NCBI GenBank assembly: GCA_951406725.2
Contig: OX597820.1
Span: 62,186,001-62,250,000 of the forward strand
From: Octopus vulgaris
Taxonomy: Eukaryota
DNA: 64,000 bases
Reading direction: 5' to 3'
The stretch's first letter is position 1. Each line of letters starts with the position of its first letter. Position numbers and translations under genes: made by a program. The notes beneath the pieces were generated by a model. The model was not told the DNA's origin, did not search any database, and worked only from the letters and a program-made list of their open reading frames with translations. Shown here in pieces: positions 40,200 to 54,115 of the stretch.

Positions 40200-40202
<3 letters not shown>
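40036..40202. repeat. Near-perfect palindrome centred on (TA)n
   Basis: The roughly 50-bp arm TACTTAGCCTTCGGTATTTGTATACTACTTCACCCCTTTTTTACAATTAT faces its reverse complement, differing by one T/A in the homopolymer. Confidence 0.95.
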
Positions 40203-40248
<46 letters not shown>

Positions 40249-40250
<2 letters not shown>

Positions 40251-41213
40251 TGGTGCGATGAGTAAAGTGTCACCATTTAATATTTTTAATTTCGCACATA
40301 TTGTTTGTTTTGTCACTGGGCACCGTCTGTGAGAAAAACATCATCATGACGCAATTCAGTTTGCCGGAAATTTGGAAACGACATGCTATACTGCTTGGCA
40401 TTCGCGCTGGAAGTTCCAATGCGAACATTTCAGAGTGTCAATCTGAGGGGAGTACAGAGGATTCCGAAACAGTTGGATGAGTCTAATGGTGATTATAAAG
40501 GTACAACAGCTCCGAACACTCGGAACACTCACTCTAATCATTCTGATAAGAAATGAACTCCTGAATTTGTTGGTGAGATCCAGGCCATGATTGACAACGA
40601 TCCCTCCAAGTCAATCATGTCCATCACCAGGGACATGGGAGTGTTTGAGATTCTTAACAGGCAGGTAGTGCGTGAAGACATTCGGTATTCCTCATACAAG
40701 ATGAAAAAGGGTCGATCTCTATCCCAAGGCATCAAGGACAAGGGGAGGACGGCGCTACGAAACTTTCGTACAAGCTCGTCCTCAAACTCAACACGGAGGC
40801 CTGAAACAATTGCCTGGCGGAGGTAGTGCTGCTCTAGGTCAAGAGGGTGACTGCTGGAAGACCCTATGTCGGGCAACAGGACTCTGCATCATGCCACACA
40901 AATAGGAGAACCCTGTCATGGTTGTCAGACAATTTCTACGGTCACATCACCCCTAACATCTGGCCACCTAACTCCCCAGACTGCAACTCCCTTGATTATT
41001 ATGTTTGGGGGCGCAGATGAGAGAGAGACCAACAAGACAACATGTAATACCAAAGATCAACAAGGATTATGGCAGCATTCACCAACAAGGAGATCGTCCA
41101 GAAGAGTTCCAGGGGATTGAAAAGTCGTCTGGTGGCCGGGGTTGGAGCCAATGTCGATTTTATTGAATAAATTTACTGTTTAGTATTTCAAGATATTTTA
41201 AAGTAATTTTGGT
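40249..41213 (+). mobile_element. Tc1/mariner superfamily, DD37D (maT-like) transposon relic, internally deleted
   Basis: HTH MIDNDPSKSI.SI.RDMGV..., and QQDSASCH...WPPNSPDCNSLDYYVWG with 37 residues between the second and third D. Starts after TA. Confidence 0.85.
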
Positions 41214-41231
41214 ATATATATATATATATAG

Positions 41232-41400
41232 GTGTAGGCGTGGCTGTGTTGCTTCCCAACCACATGGTTCTGGGTACAGTCCCACGACGTGACACCTTGG
41301 ACAGATATTTTCTACTAAAGCTTCAGGCCGACCAAAGCCTTGCGAGTTGATTTGTTAGATGGAAATTGAAAGAAGCCCGTCGTATACATACACACATACA
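41232..41400 (+). mobile_element. SINE family 1, 5' half
   Basis: GGCGTGGCTGTG...CCACATGGTTC...GGCCGACCAAAGCCTTG...GAAAGAAGCCCGTCGTA. Confidence 0.8.
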
Positions 41401-41411
41401 CACACACATAT

Positions 41412-41465
<54 letters not shown>

Positions 41466-41530
41466 CGTATTTCTATATATCTATGCATATGAGCATGCAT
41501 GTTAATTGAGAGACTGTCATGTCAACAAGG

Positions 41531-41609
<79 letters not shown>

Positions 41610-41970
41610 AAACCGTTGGCGTAATTTGAACTTAGAAAGTAAAGAACTGGAAGAAATGCCGCGGATCTCTTTTTTCTGGGCAATCTTACGAGTCTGTCAA
41701 GAGAATGAAACGGAAGAAAAACAAAGCAATGGGGTTTTCGACGGCAACGCGAGCGTACAACATTAATAAAAAGAAGAAACACAACAACAACAACAACATA
41801 ATTAGGAAAAAAAACATTTCTCTGTAATGTCGATACTTCCAGGCGAAAGAGTAAAATATTCCAGAACGTGGATTGAATACACATTATAATAATGTAGATG
41901 AAGGAAATCAAGGGAAAGTGAAAGTAGATTGACAAAGGTTAGTTCACACATATACGCACACACACACACA

Positions 41971-42027
<57 letters not shown>

Positions 42028-43346
42028 ATAGTATGTGAGCTTTGTACGTGGGCATATGTGAGATTGTGTGTCCATATGTGGTTGTGCGTACGCGTGTATG
42101 TGTGTATGTATGTGATTCTATGTATGTCTAAACACAGAAGGGACCTTCATCAGATTAGAGGAAGAATGTTTCAGCTATGCCACGAATGAGATCACATATT
42201 CGTTAATTTAGAGTGTAAATGCCTGAGTATTCCACAGATAAATCTTGATCGTACTTTCAAGAAGATTTCACCCGCCAGGTCCATTCTTTTTAAATTACAA
42301 GTACAATTCATCCGATGGTCTTCAACAGTTTCCATCTCGTTCATTTCTCTCACAAGTTTTGAACCGAACAAAAGACATAATAAATGATACTTGTCCAAAA
42401 TGCCAGGCATTGCGTTCGATCCGCATTTCATGAATTGGGAGCGTACTTATCCTGGGTCCCTATGTAGCAAGATCGGGAAAGAGGGAAATTTCTAGGAGCA
42501 ATTGACGCAGACGATGCTTTGAATAAATGTTACTCCAGTATACTTAACGCTATTGAGTAGTTTTTGCTTGCATTGCAAATCCCTGCAGAGTCCAACCATG
42601 ATCCTATATAAGTAACTGTGTGTGTGTGTGTGTGTGCGGGCGTATGACTATCTATTTTGTCTCTGTTATTCAATTACTGCTCATCGTTTTAAAAAACACT
42701 CATATTTAATTAAACACGATAGATAAATAGATAGATAGATTGCGAGAGAGAGAGAAAGAGACAGTAAGAGAAAGAGAGACAGACAGACAGACAAATAGAC
42801 AGGCAGACAAACAGACAGATAGACAGATAGATAGATATATAGATAGCAAGAGAGAGGGAGAGAGAGAGAGAGAGAGGCAGACAGACAGACATACAAACAG
42901 ATAAACTAATAGATAGATAGATAAACAGGCAAAAGGACAAATAGACGTATAAATAGACCGATAGACAGACAAACATGTATATATATATATATATATAGGT
43001 AGATAGAGAGAGAGAGACACACACACACACACACACACGCATATATAGCACATGCATATACACAATCACGAAAAATGACCCTGCTCAAAAATGGTTGTAC
43101 TGAAAAGAAAGCTGATACAGATATTTTACTACACACAGATGTACGCGCCACACACTCACGCCTCGCAATCATGTATGCATAATCCGACGATGCTTATAGA
43201 CCTACACACACGCGTGCACTAACATACATAAGAGATGTGCGAATTTGCTCATATTTTTCACTATTTTTCTGTGTTCCTTTGTTTCACACAAACAGTTACA
43301 CATCCATGCATACATACTCTATCTCTTTCTCACTCTTTGTTCTCTA

Positions 43347-43393
<47 letters not shown>

Positions 43394-46053
43394 CTCTCTC
43401 TCTCTCTCTGTATCTCTATGCTCTCTTTCATTCTTTCCTCTTTATCTCTTCTTAAACCCCTCCGTCCTTCACATACATATTCACTCTCACACAAATACAC
43501 GATGACATAGTTACACGCGCGTGTGCATGTGAGTGTTTGTGTGTGCGTGGTGCGCGCGTATGTGTATATATACACACACACACATATATATGCATGCGTG
43601 TGTGTGTGTGTGTGTGTGTGTTCGCATACATATGCATAGTTATACAGTCGCACACGCACAGTCACATACATATAGTCGAACACACATAAATATATATACA
43701 AACACTGCCGCATACTAAAACACATGAACACATCCTCATACATATACACATACACACGCTCATACATATGCACAGACAATGGACATCTATGCAAACGTAA
43801 ACGAAATACGCCGTGCATAAGAGATGTGTACAGAAGAAACAATGGGAGAAAATTGTCCCCGAAAATAGCACCAGAATAAATCAACTTAAACAGAAAACTA
43901 CATGAATAATTTAACAGCGCCGAGATAAAACATTCTACCTTAGAGGAAAACACAGTGTGTCATGTAAAGATAGCTTTCTAATTCCTAGCCATAGTTTCGT
44001 TGACTGTATAATTCTCATCAAAGAAATATATTTATCAGAGCCGAGATGAAACACTATATATTAGAGGAAATACGCCATTTGTACCTCAGAGAAAAGAGAA
44101 AGTTTCTGCGTAGTTAGTTTGATCTACTTGAAATAGCAGCCAAAATAATGTTCCAAATCATTTCATATTTTCTTAAATAAAGTACAAATTATATACTCTA
44201 TGTGTATTTGAGATTGCTTCTCTTGTTTTTTTTTTCGTATTTTTTTTTTCGTGTGTCTTCTTTATCGTTATGACAAGCAACGCTGTTCCTCAGATCTGAA
44301 GTGTCTCGAAATCTTTCCATTTGTGTACCCTTAACTCACTCTTCTCTCCATCTCTCGTCACCCTTGTTACGTGCACCCATTCCCAACCGTGTCCTAACTA
44401 CCGTAGAAATATGGTCTTTTGGAGTGGTTTTCTGGCTCGCGTTTCACGATTTGCCCTTCAACGATATAAATGGGAGAATTTAATGGCATCATGTGCAACG
44501 GTATTGACAGAACGGCAAAGGCCAGGAGCAATGTCTCTGGGCCGACCACAGGTTTGAGAGTGGATTTGGCTGATGAAAACAGAAAAGAAGCACGTCGTGT
44601 GTATATATATGTATATATGTGTGCATGTATCTACGTGTGTTTGTATGTGTCTGTGTGTGTCTGTGTGTGCATGATGTCATGAGGGAACGGGGTTAAATTG
44701 ATTTCTGGTTAAGTAACCACGACAAAAGTAGAGTATTTGTCGTTATACATAGATTTCTGCGAGCTCATTTGTCCCTACGAAAATCAGCAGTCAATTATCC
44801 TTAATATACACTCTATCATCTTGAAAACGACATCCCGCCACCATATCCAAAGAGAGGCGAACATATTTATGACTGGGTCACCATTAATATAAATGGACGT
44901 AGTTAGGGCTGACCTGAGACTAAATAACTACAAATAAATAAATAATTAATAAAATAACATATGTGATATTGTGAGCTATACATACATCATCAAGTAAATG
45001 ACAGGCTGGTCATAGATGGAACTCTTGTGATCATAGTTTTATTTATTAATAAATACTTTCTGATGTAAATAACAATTTGATATTTCTTATGAAGAAAGAT
45101 AATTCATGAACATAATTTCTCTGACATTATAATTCTCATTTTACGAGAGACAAGACCAAACATAAGTGTTAGAGAAAACATATCATCTTCCTTTAGGGCA
45201 GAACATAATATCTCACAAGGCAATGAGTTAGTGTCTATGTATTCACTTCACCTGCATCCAAATTATCCCAGTCAACACTATGACGTCTTTAGAGATAACA
45301 GATGACTATAAATAAAATAGTTTTTAATATACATGATCTAAAAGAAAGCGAGATTGTAAGAGCTGCATCGAATCTTTTGGGAGGTTGACCCACAAACAAA
45401 AGTAGTCGAATATTCAACTAAAGCGACATTATTTATCGCCATTGGAATAACATCGCGTATCTTAAAAATGTAAGGTCATTTTGGAGAATGCCGTTCTAGA
45501 TACTGTGTATCTGAGATAATAAGCAAAGTTAGCGCAGTCACATCTAGCCGAGGGTTGATCTGGCACTCAGCATCTGAAGCCAGTAAGTGAGAGCCTCTAT
45601 GCCATCGCATGCAAAATGTATATCACAGACAACTCAAAGGATTTTAGAAAAAGTAAAACCATTGCACAAAATAATTCTAAAGGCTTGTATACTAATTTAG
45701 ATGAAACAAAACGACAAAAATACGATGGCTATGAACGGACAAAATTTGATTGGCGGTTTGGCATTCAGTGGAAATGAGGCAAAACGACACCAACTGAATT
45801 TATAACAGTAAAATTCCTTATCAAAAATGAAGTTGTATTGTTTAATTGTATCAGTCATGGACCAAGGCCAAAGCGGGAAGACGCTTCCGCAAGTTATCAT
45901 CGATTACATCGAATTCATTTACATATTTCAGTCGGTTATTTATTCCAACGGTCTCTACGTTGTTGGTATGATTGTGTTCGCCTAGAATAGTGGCCTGCCA
46001 AGAGAGTTACGTCCCTTTATGAAATAAATACTAGTAGGAATTTACACCAATAT

Positions 46054-46071
46054 ATAATAATAATAATAATA

Positions 46072-46106
<35 letters not shown>

Positions 46107-46141
46107 TAGTAATAACAATAATAATAATAGTGATAATAGTA

Positions 46142-46195
<54 letters not shown>

Positions 46196-46197
46196 TT
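46054..46197. repeat. (TAA)n microsatellite
   Basis: Direct reading. Confidence 0.95.
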
Positions 46198-46450
46198 GAA
46201 AGTACTATATACAGTGCTCAGGTGCAACACAACCTGTCAAAAGTGCGTATAAAGCATATGCAGTAATGTACAAATGTCTGGAAGATGAACAGTGTATGAG
46301 TCAGGTACATGCTTGCACGTGTATGGAGGGGAGAAAATGTGTAAATGTATACAAACACTCACACACGCAGAGGACTGATAGATAGATAGATAGATACTGA
46401 AGGATAAGTAGCTAGCTAGTGATGAATACATAACTAGATATAGATTTAGA

Positions 46451-46516
<66 letters not shown>

Positions 46517-46755
46517 AAGAAAGAGAGAGATTGACTAAAAGACAGCAGGATAGACGTACACTTACACAGATAGACAGGCAAACAGACAGGTAGATAGACA
46601 GATAATTAAATAGAGGTAAAAAGAGAGAAAAGAAGAGAGATAAACATGGTAGACTCCCGTCTATATAATAACGGGCAGAGAGATAGACGCATATACATGC
46701 ACAGGCAGCACAGGCAGACAAAGAGACAGACTAACAAAGAGACAGGAGATAGAAT

Positions 46756-46817
<62 letters not shown>

Positions 46818-46834
46818 AATAGATATAGATAAAC

Positions 46835-46906
<72 letters not shown>

Positions 46907-47359
46907 GGATAGATCGATAGATAGATAGATAGATAAAGAAGTAGAGAGGGACGAGAAAAAGAGATAGATATGATGGGCTTCCGTCTGTATAATTACGATA
47001 TATCACATTTCACACATACATCAGTGAACTGAAGCTAGAAAACACTTTATTAAGATACTGTGCAATGAGATCGACCGTGAAGCCACATGGTTACTTCCTA
47101 GCTACACAGGCACATGGTACAATGTTCAGTAATGTAATTGTCATGAAAGTAACAATTAAGAACAGACAAAATATCCTATCTCAAAGGAGTCATTTCCTTC
47201 ATGTAAAGCTAGCTTCGAATTATCAATCAAGGTTTCCACATGAATCACTTTCATTAACTGATCAATTTAGCGCAACAGAATAGTGTGCGCGCGAGCAATA
47301 TGCTTGCAATATATGTCTATATACATATATGTGTGTGTGTATATATGCATGTGCATAAA

Positions 47360-47390
<31 letters not shown>

Positions 47391-47450
47391 TGTATGTATG
47401 TATGTATATATATATATATGTATATATATACATACATACATATATATATG

Positions 47451-47510
<60 letters not shown>

Positions 47511-47627
47511 ATATATATATATATATATTATATATGTATGTATACGTATATCTATATACATATATATATATATATAAATCTAAATATATATATATGTATA
47601 TGTGTATATATGTATAGATCTATATCT

Positions 47628-47659
<32 letters not shown>

Positions 47660-47672
47660 GTATAAATCTATA

Positions 47673-47717
<45 letters not shown>

Positions 47718-47806
47718 ATAGATCTATATCTACACACACATATATATATATATATATATATGTATGTATATATCTATATCTACATATATATGTATAGATC
47801 TATATC

Positions 47807-47837
<31 letters not shown>

Positions 47838-47884
47838 AGATCTATATCTACATATATATATATACATATGTATAGATCTATATC

Positions 47885-47919
<35 letters not shown>

Positions 47920-47981
47920 TAGTTGTTAGACTTTGTTGTTATTGTGTTGTCCTTTTTAATATGTAATGTATTTGTAATATT

Positions 47982-48012
<31 letters not shown>

Positions 48013-49469
48013 GGTGGGGAGTTCGGGTTGTGAACGTATGTGCGTGGTGCGTCTGTTAGAGGGTGTATATTTATGTATATGTAGCACACTGAAGGAGAGA
48101 AAGGAGAAAGAATGAGAGGGAGAGAGAGAGGAGAAGATACAGAATGAAAATACCCTCTGAAAATAGTCGCAAGATTAATTAGTGTGAAAGGTGCACTCAA
48201 ATACGACAATTAGGAGACGAAATCCCAAAGATACACATACAGCGCACAAGTGTATAAAAATACATATACACACACATGTATGTGTGTATGTGTGGGCTTG
48301 TGCGCGTATCTGCCTCCGTGTGAATATTTATGTATGCGTGTGCGTATGTAGACATATCTACGACAAAAGAATTATTGAATGGCGCTGCACATTAATATAA
48401 TGATGCATTAAAAGAAAACGAATTGAATGAAAAATGGCGACACATACAAAATCTGAAGAGACAGACCAACGAAAATAGAAAACGAAAATTATATGTCCAC
48501 CTCTCTTCAGTATAAATGTAACGTCTAACATAGAAACTTTCTTGTATTGGAAAGCAAACATTTTCCCAACAACAACAAATAAGAAACATTAGTAAAATAA
48601 TCAATGTAAAAATAAGTACTATGTTGTAAACATTGTCACCTCTGGTGATAGAAGTAATAGAAACGCTAATACTAGTGTGAATAAGCAAATCCTCATTTCC
48701 CAGTGTAACTGTAGCAATGATACCATGTATACTGAGCCAATGTAGTATATAGTTTTAACATGGGAAAACCAGAAAATACACATCGGACTCACTGAAAGCA
48801 CGTTCAAAGGAAGGAATATTCAATATATATGACAAGCAATGACTATGGCCTTCACGAACAGGTGATAATGATGCCGTAGCTATTCGTCTTGAAACTGTAA
48901 ATCAATAGCTCTGGGTAAGTGGGAATGAATCCTAATGGGCGAGGTTCTTAGACGGAGAGAATGGACATAATGATGACTATGACATCTGTTTTTTGGGGCG
49001 CAGCAAGGATGATCAAAAGAGGAGTTATGACTGATTAACCTCCATCAATCCAGCCCACGGTAGCAGAGTTAATATAGTAGTGGTAGACCAGAAAAACAGA
49101 ACGGGAACAACGCAAGTGTTTACCAGAGACTGAACTGTATCTGTGACTGTACTAATCAATCGAGTTCAAACTAAAGAATAAAAGAATCATCAATAACAAT
49201 AAATATTGGTATATTATGAAAATATAACCCCTTATGTTAACAGATAAAAACAATGTCAGCGTTGGCTTTCAGTAAAAAATCATAACATCCTTATGCAACC
49301 TATTGAGATATTGAAGCAGTGACAATTGTATTTGCGAAGCTGGTGTTGTCTATTCTATCATAGATATTGGAAAAATGTCTTGTTATTGCTTGGAATTTAC
49401 CACGTCTGGAAAATTTGTAATACGGTTAATACGCGGAAGTCTTTGGCACCTCTCTGTCTGTCTGACTAT

Positions 49470-49605
49470 CTGAGGTTGACTTTGCCTTTCATCCTTTCGG
49501 GGTCGATACATTAAGTACCAGTTACGCACTGGAGTCTTTGTAATTGACTTAATCCCTTTGTCTGTCCCCTCTATGTTTAGCCCCTTGTGGGCAATAAAGA
49601 AATAT
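49470..49605 (+). mobile_element. SINE family 2 3' half
   Basis: GACTTTGCCTTTCATCCTTTCGGGGTCGAT...GTTTAGCCCCTTGTGGGCAATAAAGAAATA. Confidence 0.85.
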
Positions 49606-49879
49606 ATCTGACTGTCTTTCCTTCTCCCCCTCTATCTCTTTTGATCTCTATCTATCTTTCCTATCTTTCTCTCCATCTATCTTTCTGTTCTGTCTGCCCT
49701 AACTCTCTGTCTCTTGATCGCAATCCCTCTTCCTACCTATCTATCTCTCTATCTAACTCTCCGTCTGCCTGTTTGTCTGCCTGCCTGCCTGCCCGCCTGT
49801 CCGTCCGTTCGTCTGTCTATCTGTCCCTCCGTCCGCTTGTCCGCCAGTTTCTCATTATGTATGTGCGCCTCATCTCTAA

Positions 49880-50115
49880 ATATGGCTTAGTGGTTAAGAC
49901 GTTTCACTCATGACCATGGGATTGTGGTTGCGATTCCTGGACCGGGCGATGTGTTTTCTACTTGAGTAAAACACTTCATTTCACGTTGTCCACTCAGCAG
50001 ACAAAAATGAGTAATCCTACAACGCACTGGTGTCCCATCCAAGGAAGGGATATATACACCATAGGATTCAGGAAAGCGTTCTTATTGAACCTATGACTCA
50101 GGAATGAGTAATGCT
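49880..50115 (+). mobile_element. tRNA-derived SINE (decayed, another family)
   Basis: A box TGGCTTAGTGG and B-box-like GGTTGCGATTCC, followed by CTTGAGTAAAACACTT...GTCCCATCCAAGG. Confidence 0.6.
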
Positions 50116-50470
50116 GAGACAGACCCGAAGAAATGTGTACACCACAAATCGAGAAAGCAAACTTAAGAGCATATGTATCCTTGATGTATACAAACACACA
50201 CACATACAAACGCGCGCGCGCACACAAATACACACACACACATACACAAACACACATGCACACGCGTATATCAGCGACTGACAGTCGTTTCAATAAGTAT
50301 ATACTGTAAGGTCGCCTGGCGTCTGTCTCTAGATAGGCTTATCAAAATATAAAAAAGCACTATGCAGTGTCTCATATTTTTGTTTGCCCACTCAGTTGTA
50401 TCTATCAATTTATCTTTGTGTTAGTGTGTTTGTGTGTGTGCGTGTGTGTGTGTGTGTATGTATACATACA

Positions 50471-51516
50471 TTTCTATATATATAAAACTGAGAATGTGTG
50501 TCTGTCTGTGTGTGTTTCCCTAAAACTTGAGAACTACATAACCAATTTCATTCAAATTTTACACATGCCTTACTTAGGGTTCGGGGAGTGTCATCAGCAA
50601 AAAAAGTTTTAACTTTTTGCCTAGGGCGAGCCCACAGCAATATCATATCTTCTCCACTACGATTCCCTAAAACTTGAGAACTACACAACCAATTTCAAAT
50701 TTTACACATGCCTTACTTAGGGTCTATGTAGTTTCATGGGCAAAAGAAATGTTCAACTTCTTGCCAAGAGCGAGCCCATAGCAATATCATATATTTTCCA
50801 CTATTTCAGTATTACGTGTTAAAAGTGAAACAAAAATATTTCTCTATCTTATTTCAGGTGCTTTCACTTTAACAATAAAAATAATAATAACACTTGAATT
50901 ATATGTAGTAAGTAATAATTAAAATCAAACTAAAATATAATATAATCGTAACATAACAAAAGTAAAAATAGCAATTAGTATAAAATTGAATAAGTGGTTT
51001 CACATGAATGGGAATAAATTAAAAATAAAATTAGCGTGCAGAAATGGAATAGTCCAGATTGATAATAAAAAATTAAATTAAAGAAAATACTATTGTCTAT
51101 AAAGTATACAATGTAGAGAAAAAAGATTTGAACATCTGGAGGAAAGCACCATCGAAAAGTGTCTTGGTGCGACTATGAAAGATATCTAACCAGAGGCGGT
51201 AAATTCGCCATAATAGAAGTAATGTTCGAGTCAACGGAGCGTGCAAGGGAGTACTCGACTCGAACTTGCAAAGTGGAAATATCTTATTGTACCTTTATAT
51301 CTGGGACGTAGGACGTCCCGGATAAAAATCAAAAATGCGCCCCCAGCAGTAGAGGTAGGCTGGATTGTAGCTACACTTCTGTACAAGAGGGAGGACAAGA
51401 TACAATTGATCGAAATTGCAAGAGACGAGCCTACAATTCCAGTCTGTTATATATTTTGAGTATTGTTATCACTAGCGATATCAAGATATAACTTTGTATT
51501 TTGTATTTTATGTGTA

Positions 51517-51560
<44 letters not shown>

Positions 51561-51643
51561 TGTACATGTAATATGTACACATATATATACACATATGTAC
51601 ATGCACTAGCACTATGACCCGGCAACGACGGGTCATAATGCTA

Positions 51644-51644
<1 letters not shown>
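50471..51644 (+). mobile_element. Non-autonomous Helitron-like element, copy 2, with an internal duplication of about 140 bp
   Basis: TC(TA)n AAAACTGAG start, terminal hairpin and CTAG|T end. 50517-50657 is repeated at 50664-50802. Confidence 0.85.
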
Positions 51645-51697
<53 letters not shown>

Positions 51698-52588
51698 CGT
51701 GGACAGGAACTGAAACAAAGCAATCGTATATATATGTATGTATATATGTAAGTGTATGTGTTTTGGTATTGGCAACATGAATGACAATAATCTGACAATG
51801 CCCACAGTCGACGCTATGGCATTAGTGTCACTATTACAAACGGTTGGGTTGGGTTCTGAAGGAGAGGAAAGAAAGAATTTTAATTATATATAATGAACTA
51901 TAGTGCGAAGGCAGCATAAAAACAACCCTTCCTTAGTTGTTTGTAGTTTTACCTAATCCGCATTGCAACAAGATGCGTCTTCGTCATAGCAATTGCTCCC
52001 CCAAAGCAAATTAAATAAAATTTGAGATATGTGGAACGTCAAACCTGCTAACAAAAACAGGACAGTGAAAAACATTCGGTAAGGGCTGTTTAACCCTAAC
52101 GAGGTGAAGTGGTGAACGCTGAAGAAAAAAAGCTTTTCAAGGGACAGACGAGAATGTGCCTTATAGTTATAAGCTGAACGAGAAGAAAAAGAATTACATT
52201 TAGAAATAGAGATCTATAATTATTGAGGACAGAATTTCAGTTAGAAATAGAGAACTATAAATATTGAATTATGCATAAAGTGGTGGCTTACATTCGGGGC
52301 TTCCAATTTCTCTGTAAAATATAAGATAATCGCAAAATCATCGCACATGTCACCATCGATTACAAACACCGGTGGAAGATAAAAGTTCCAGAGGAAATTC
52401 TTGTTCTTTCGCTCGTACAAGGATCGTATTATGTTTCGGCTTAAAATAAATTGTAGATACAAATATAATGTATAGAAATATATAAAAACCAGAATAGAAA
52501 ATAAACGTCTTAGTCATATAAAATGAGATAACATGAAATATCAAGGTGTTATATACTTGAAACCTACTAGAATATCGTAGATTATATA

Positions 52589-54115
52589 TATCAAGTCATC
52601 CAATCAGTTCTGTCCAATTTTTTTAGATTTGAATGAAATTTAATAGTATTTTCAAATGTCTAATTCAATTAAAAATTATTTTTATGCATTTGTGTACGTT
52701 TAAACTAATGCAATATTGTTTTACATAATAGAGGGTGTCCACAAAGTCTGCGTACATGGGAATTACTTTTAAAACACAACAATTTTATTTAATTATAATG
52801 TTAATAAATAATATTTTCAAAGTGATTTCCATCATCCAGAAAAAGAAATAAAGGGGAGAAAGGTCTGGTGAACGAGGGGACCATTCCATATGACCCCCTT
52901 CTTCTAATCCAGCGAAGAAAAGTGTCATTAAGTCAATCTCTAACAGTTGTGGCAAAATGGGTAGGGGCCCCATCCTGCTGAAACCAATTCGGAAGGGACT
53001 CGCCTGGGCGCTCAATTTGAGATATTAATTTTTCTTTCAATATTTTTACATAAGTCTCATCCGTTACATGCTCAATGAAGAAGGGTCCTAGAACATGAGC
53101 TTTCCACAAACCACACCACACCATCACCTTTTTGCTGCCTTGCTGTTTGGATGAATCCATCCAATGTGGATTACCTCGAGACCAGTATAGAAGATTCTAT
53201 CTGTTGACCTCACCATTTACATAAAACGTAGCTTTGTCACTGAACAACACAAAGTTTTTCGTAAAATTGATATTTTCATCCAATTTATCTGAAAACCATT
53301 CGCACCTCTACATTCGTCTATCATGGCCGTCTTCATTTAAGTGATGCAATATCTGTAGGTTGTATCGATGAAACTTTTCCTCAACCAGCATTTTGTGGAT
53401 GGTTCGTTTTGGAACACCTAACACCGTGGATATCCGACGAGGTGATTTCTTTGAGCTAGCAGAAACTTTAGCCATGACAGCCTCTTTCGTTTTATCTGAA
53501 GTCTTTGGTAGCCCGGAACGGGGTTTATCCAAAACACTGCCTGTTTCTTTAAATTTCTTGATCAATTTCCAGACGGCAGTAAAATAAATAGGTTGCTTAT
53601 AAGAGTGTCGAAGATTAAACTCTTCCGCAATAAGACCATCCCTCTCGTCCACTTAATACTAACTCGATCATCTGTAGAAAAAATAACAAATAAATTTAGA
53701 AAAGTAAGTATTTTTTTATTTAATTTAAACAAAAGTAAAAAAGGAAAATTATTATTTCTCATATTTATTTGTTCATGTTATGATTTTATTCCATGTAAAC
53801 CAAACTTCGTGGAAACCCTAAAACTGCTTTTGTTAAAACCCTTTCATCATGGAAATATGCAAAGAGCATTTAAGGCACATATAATTCTTTATGAGTACAA
53901 TAAAAGTAACACTGCAGCCGAAGTGACTCGAAACATACACTCAATTTATGGGAAATTGCTTGGATGAAAGAACTTGCAGGAGATCGTTTGCAAAATTGAA
54001 GATAAATATCGAACAGGGCGTCCAGTTGAGTTTGATGATAAGCTCCTTGAGGCATTACTTGAAGAAAATCCGTCATATTGAAGAATTGGCAATAAAGTTT
54101 ACTTCAAACCTATAA
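52589..54115 (+). mobile_element. Mariner (DD34D-type) 5' relic interrupted by a nested transposon
   Basis: TIR-like TATCAAGTCATCCAATCAGTTCTGTCC at 52589. The ORF from 53849 reads MEICKEHLRH..ILYEYNKSNTAAEVTRNIHSIYG...EDKYRTGRPVEFDDKLLEALLEENP (mariner HTH domains, frameshifted). Confidence 0.75.
52731..53820 (-). mobile_element. Tc1/mariner superfamily DD40/41D (rosa/VS-like) transposon relic with both TIRs
   Basis: TIRs GAGGGTGTCCACAAAGTCTGCGTACATGG and CCATGTAAACCAAACTTCGTGGAAACCCTA. Motifs KFKETGSVLDKPRSG, VFSDKATFYVNGEVNR, VMVWCGL, WFQQDGAPTH, WSPRSPDLSPL. Contains stops and frameshifts. Confidence 0.88.
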
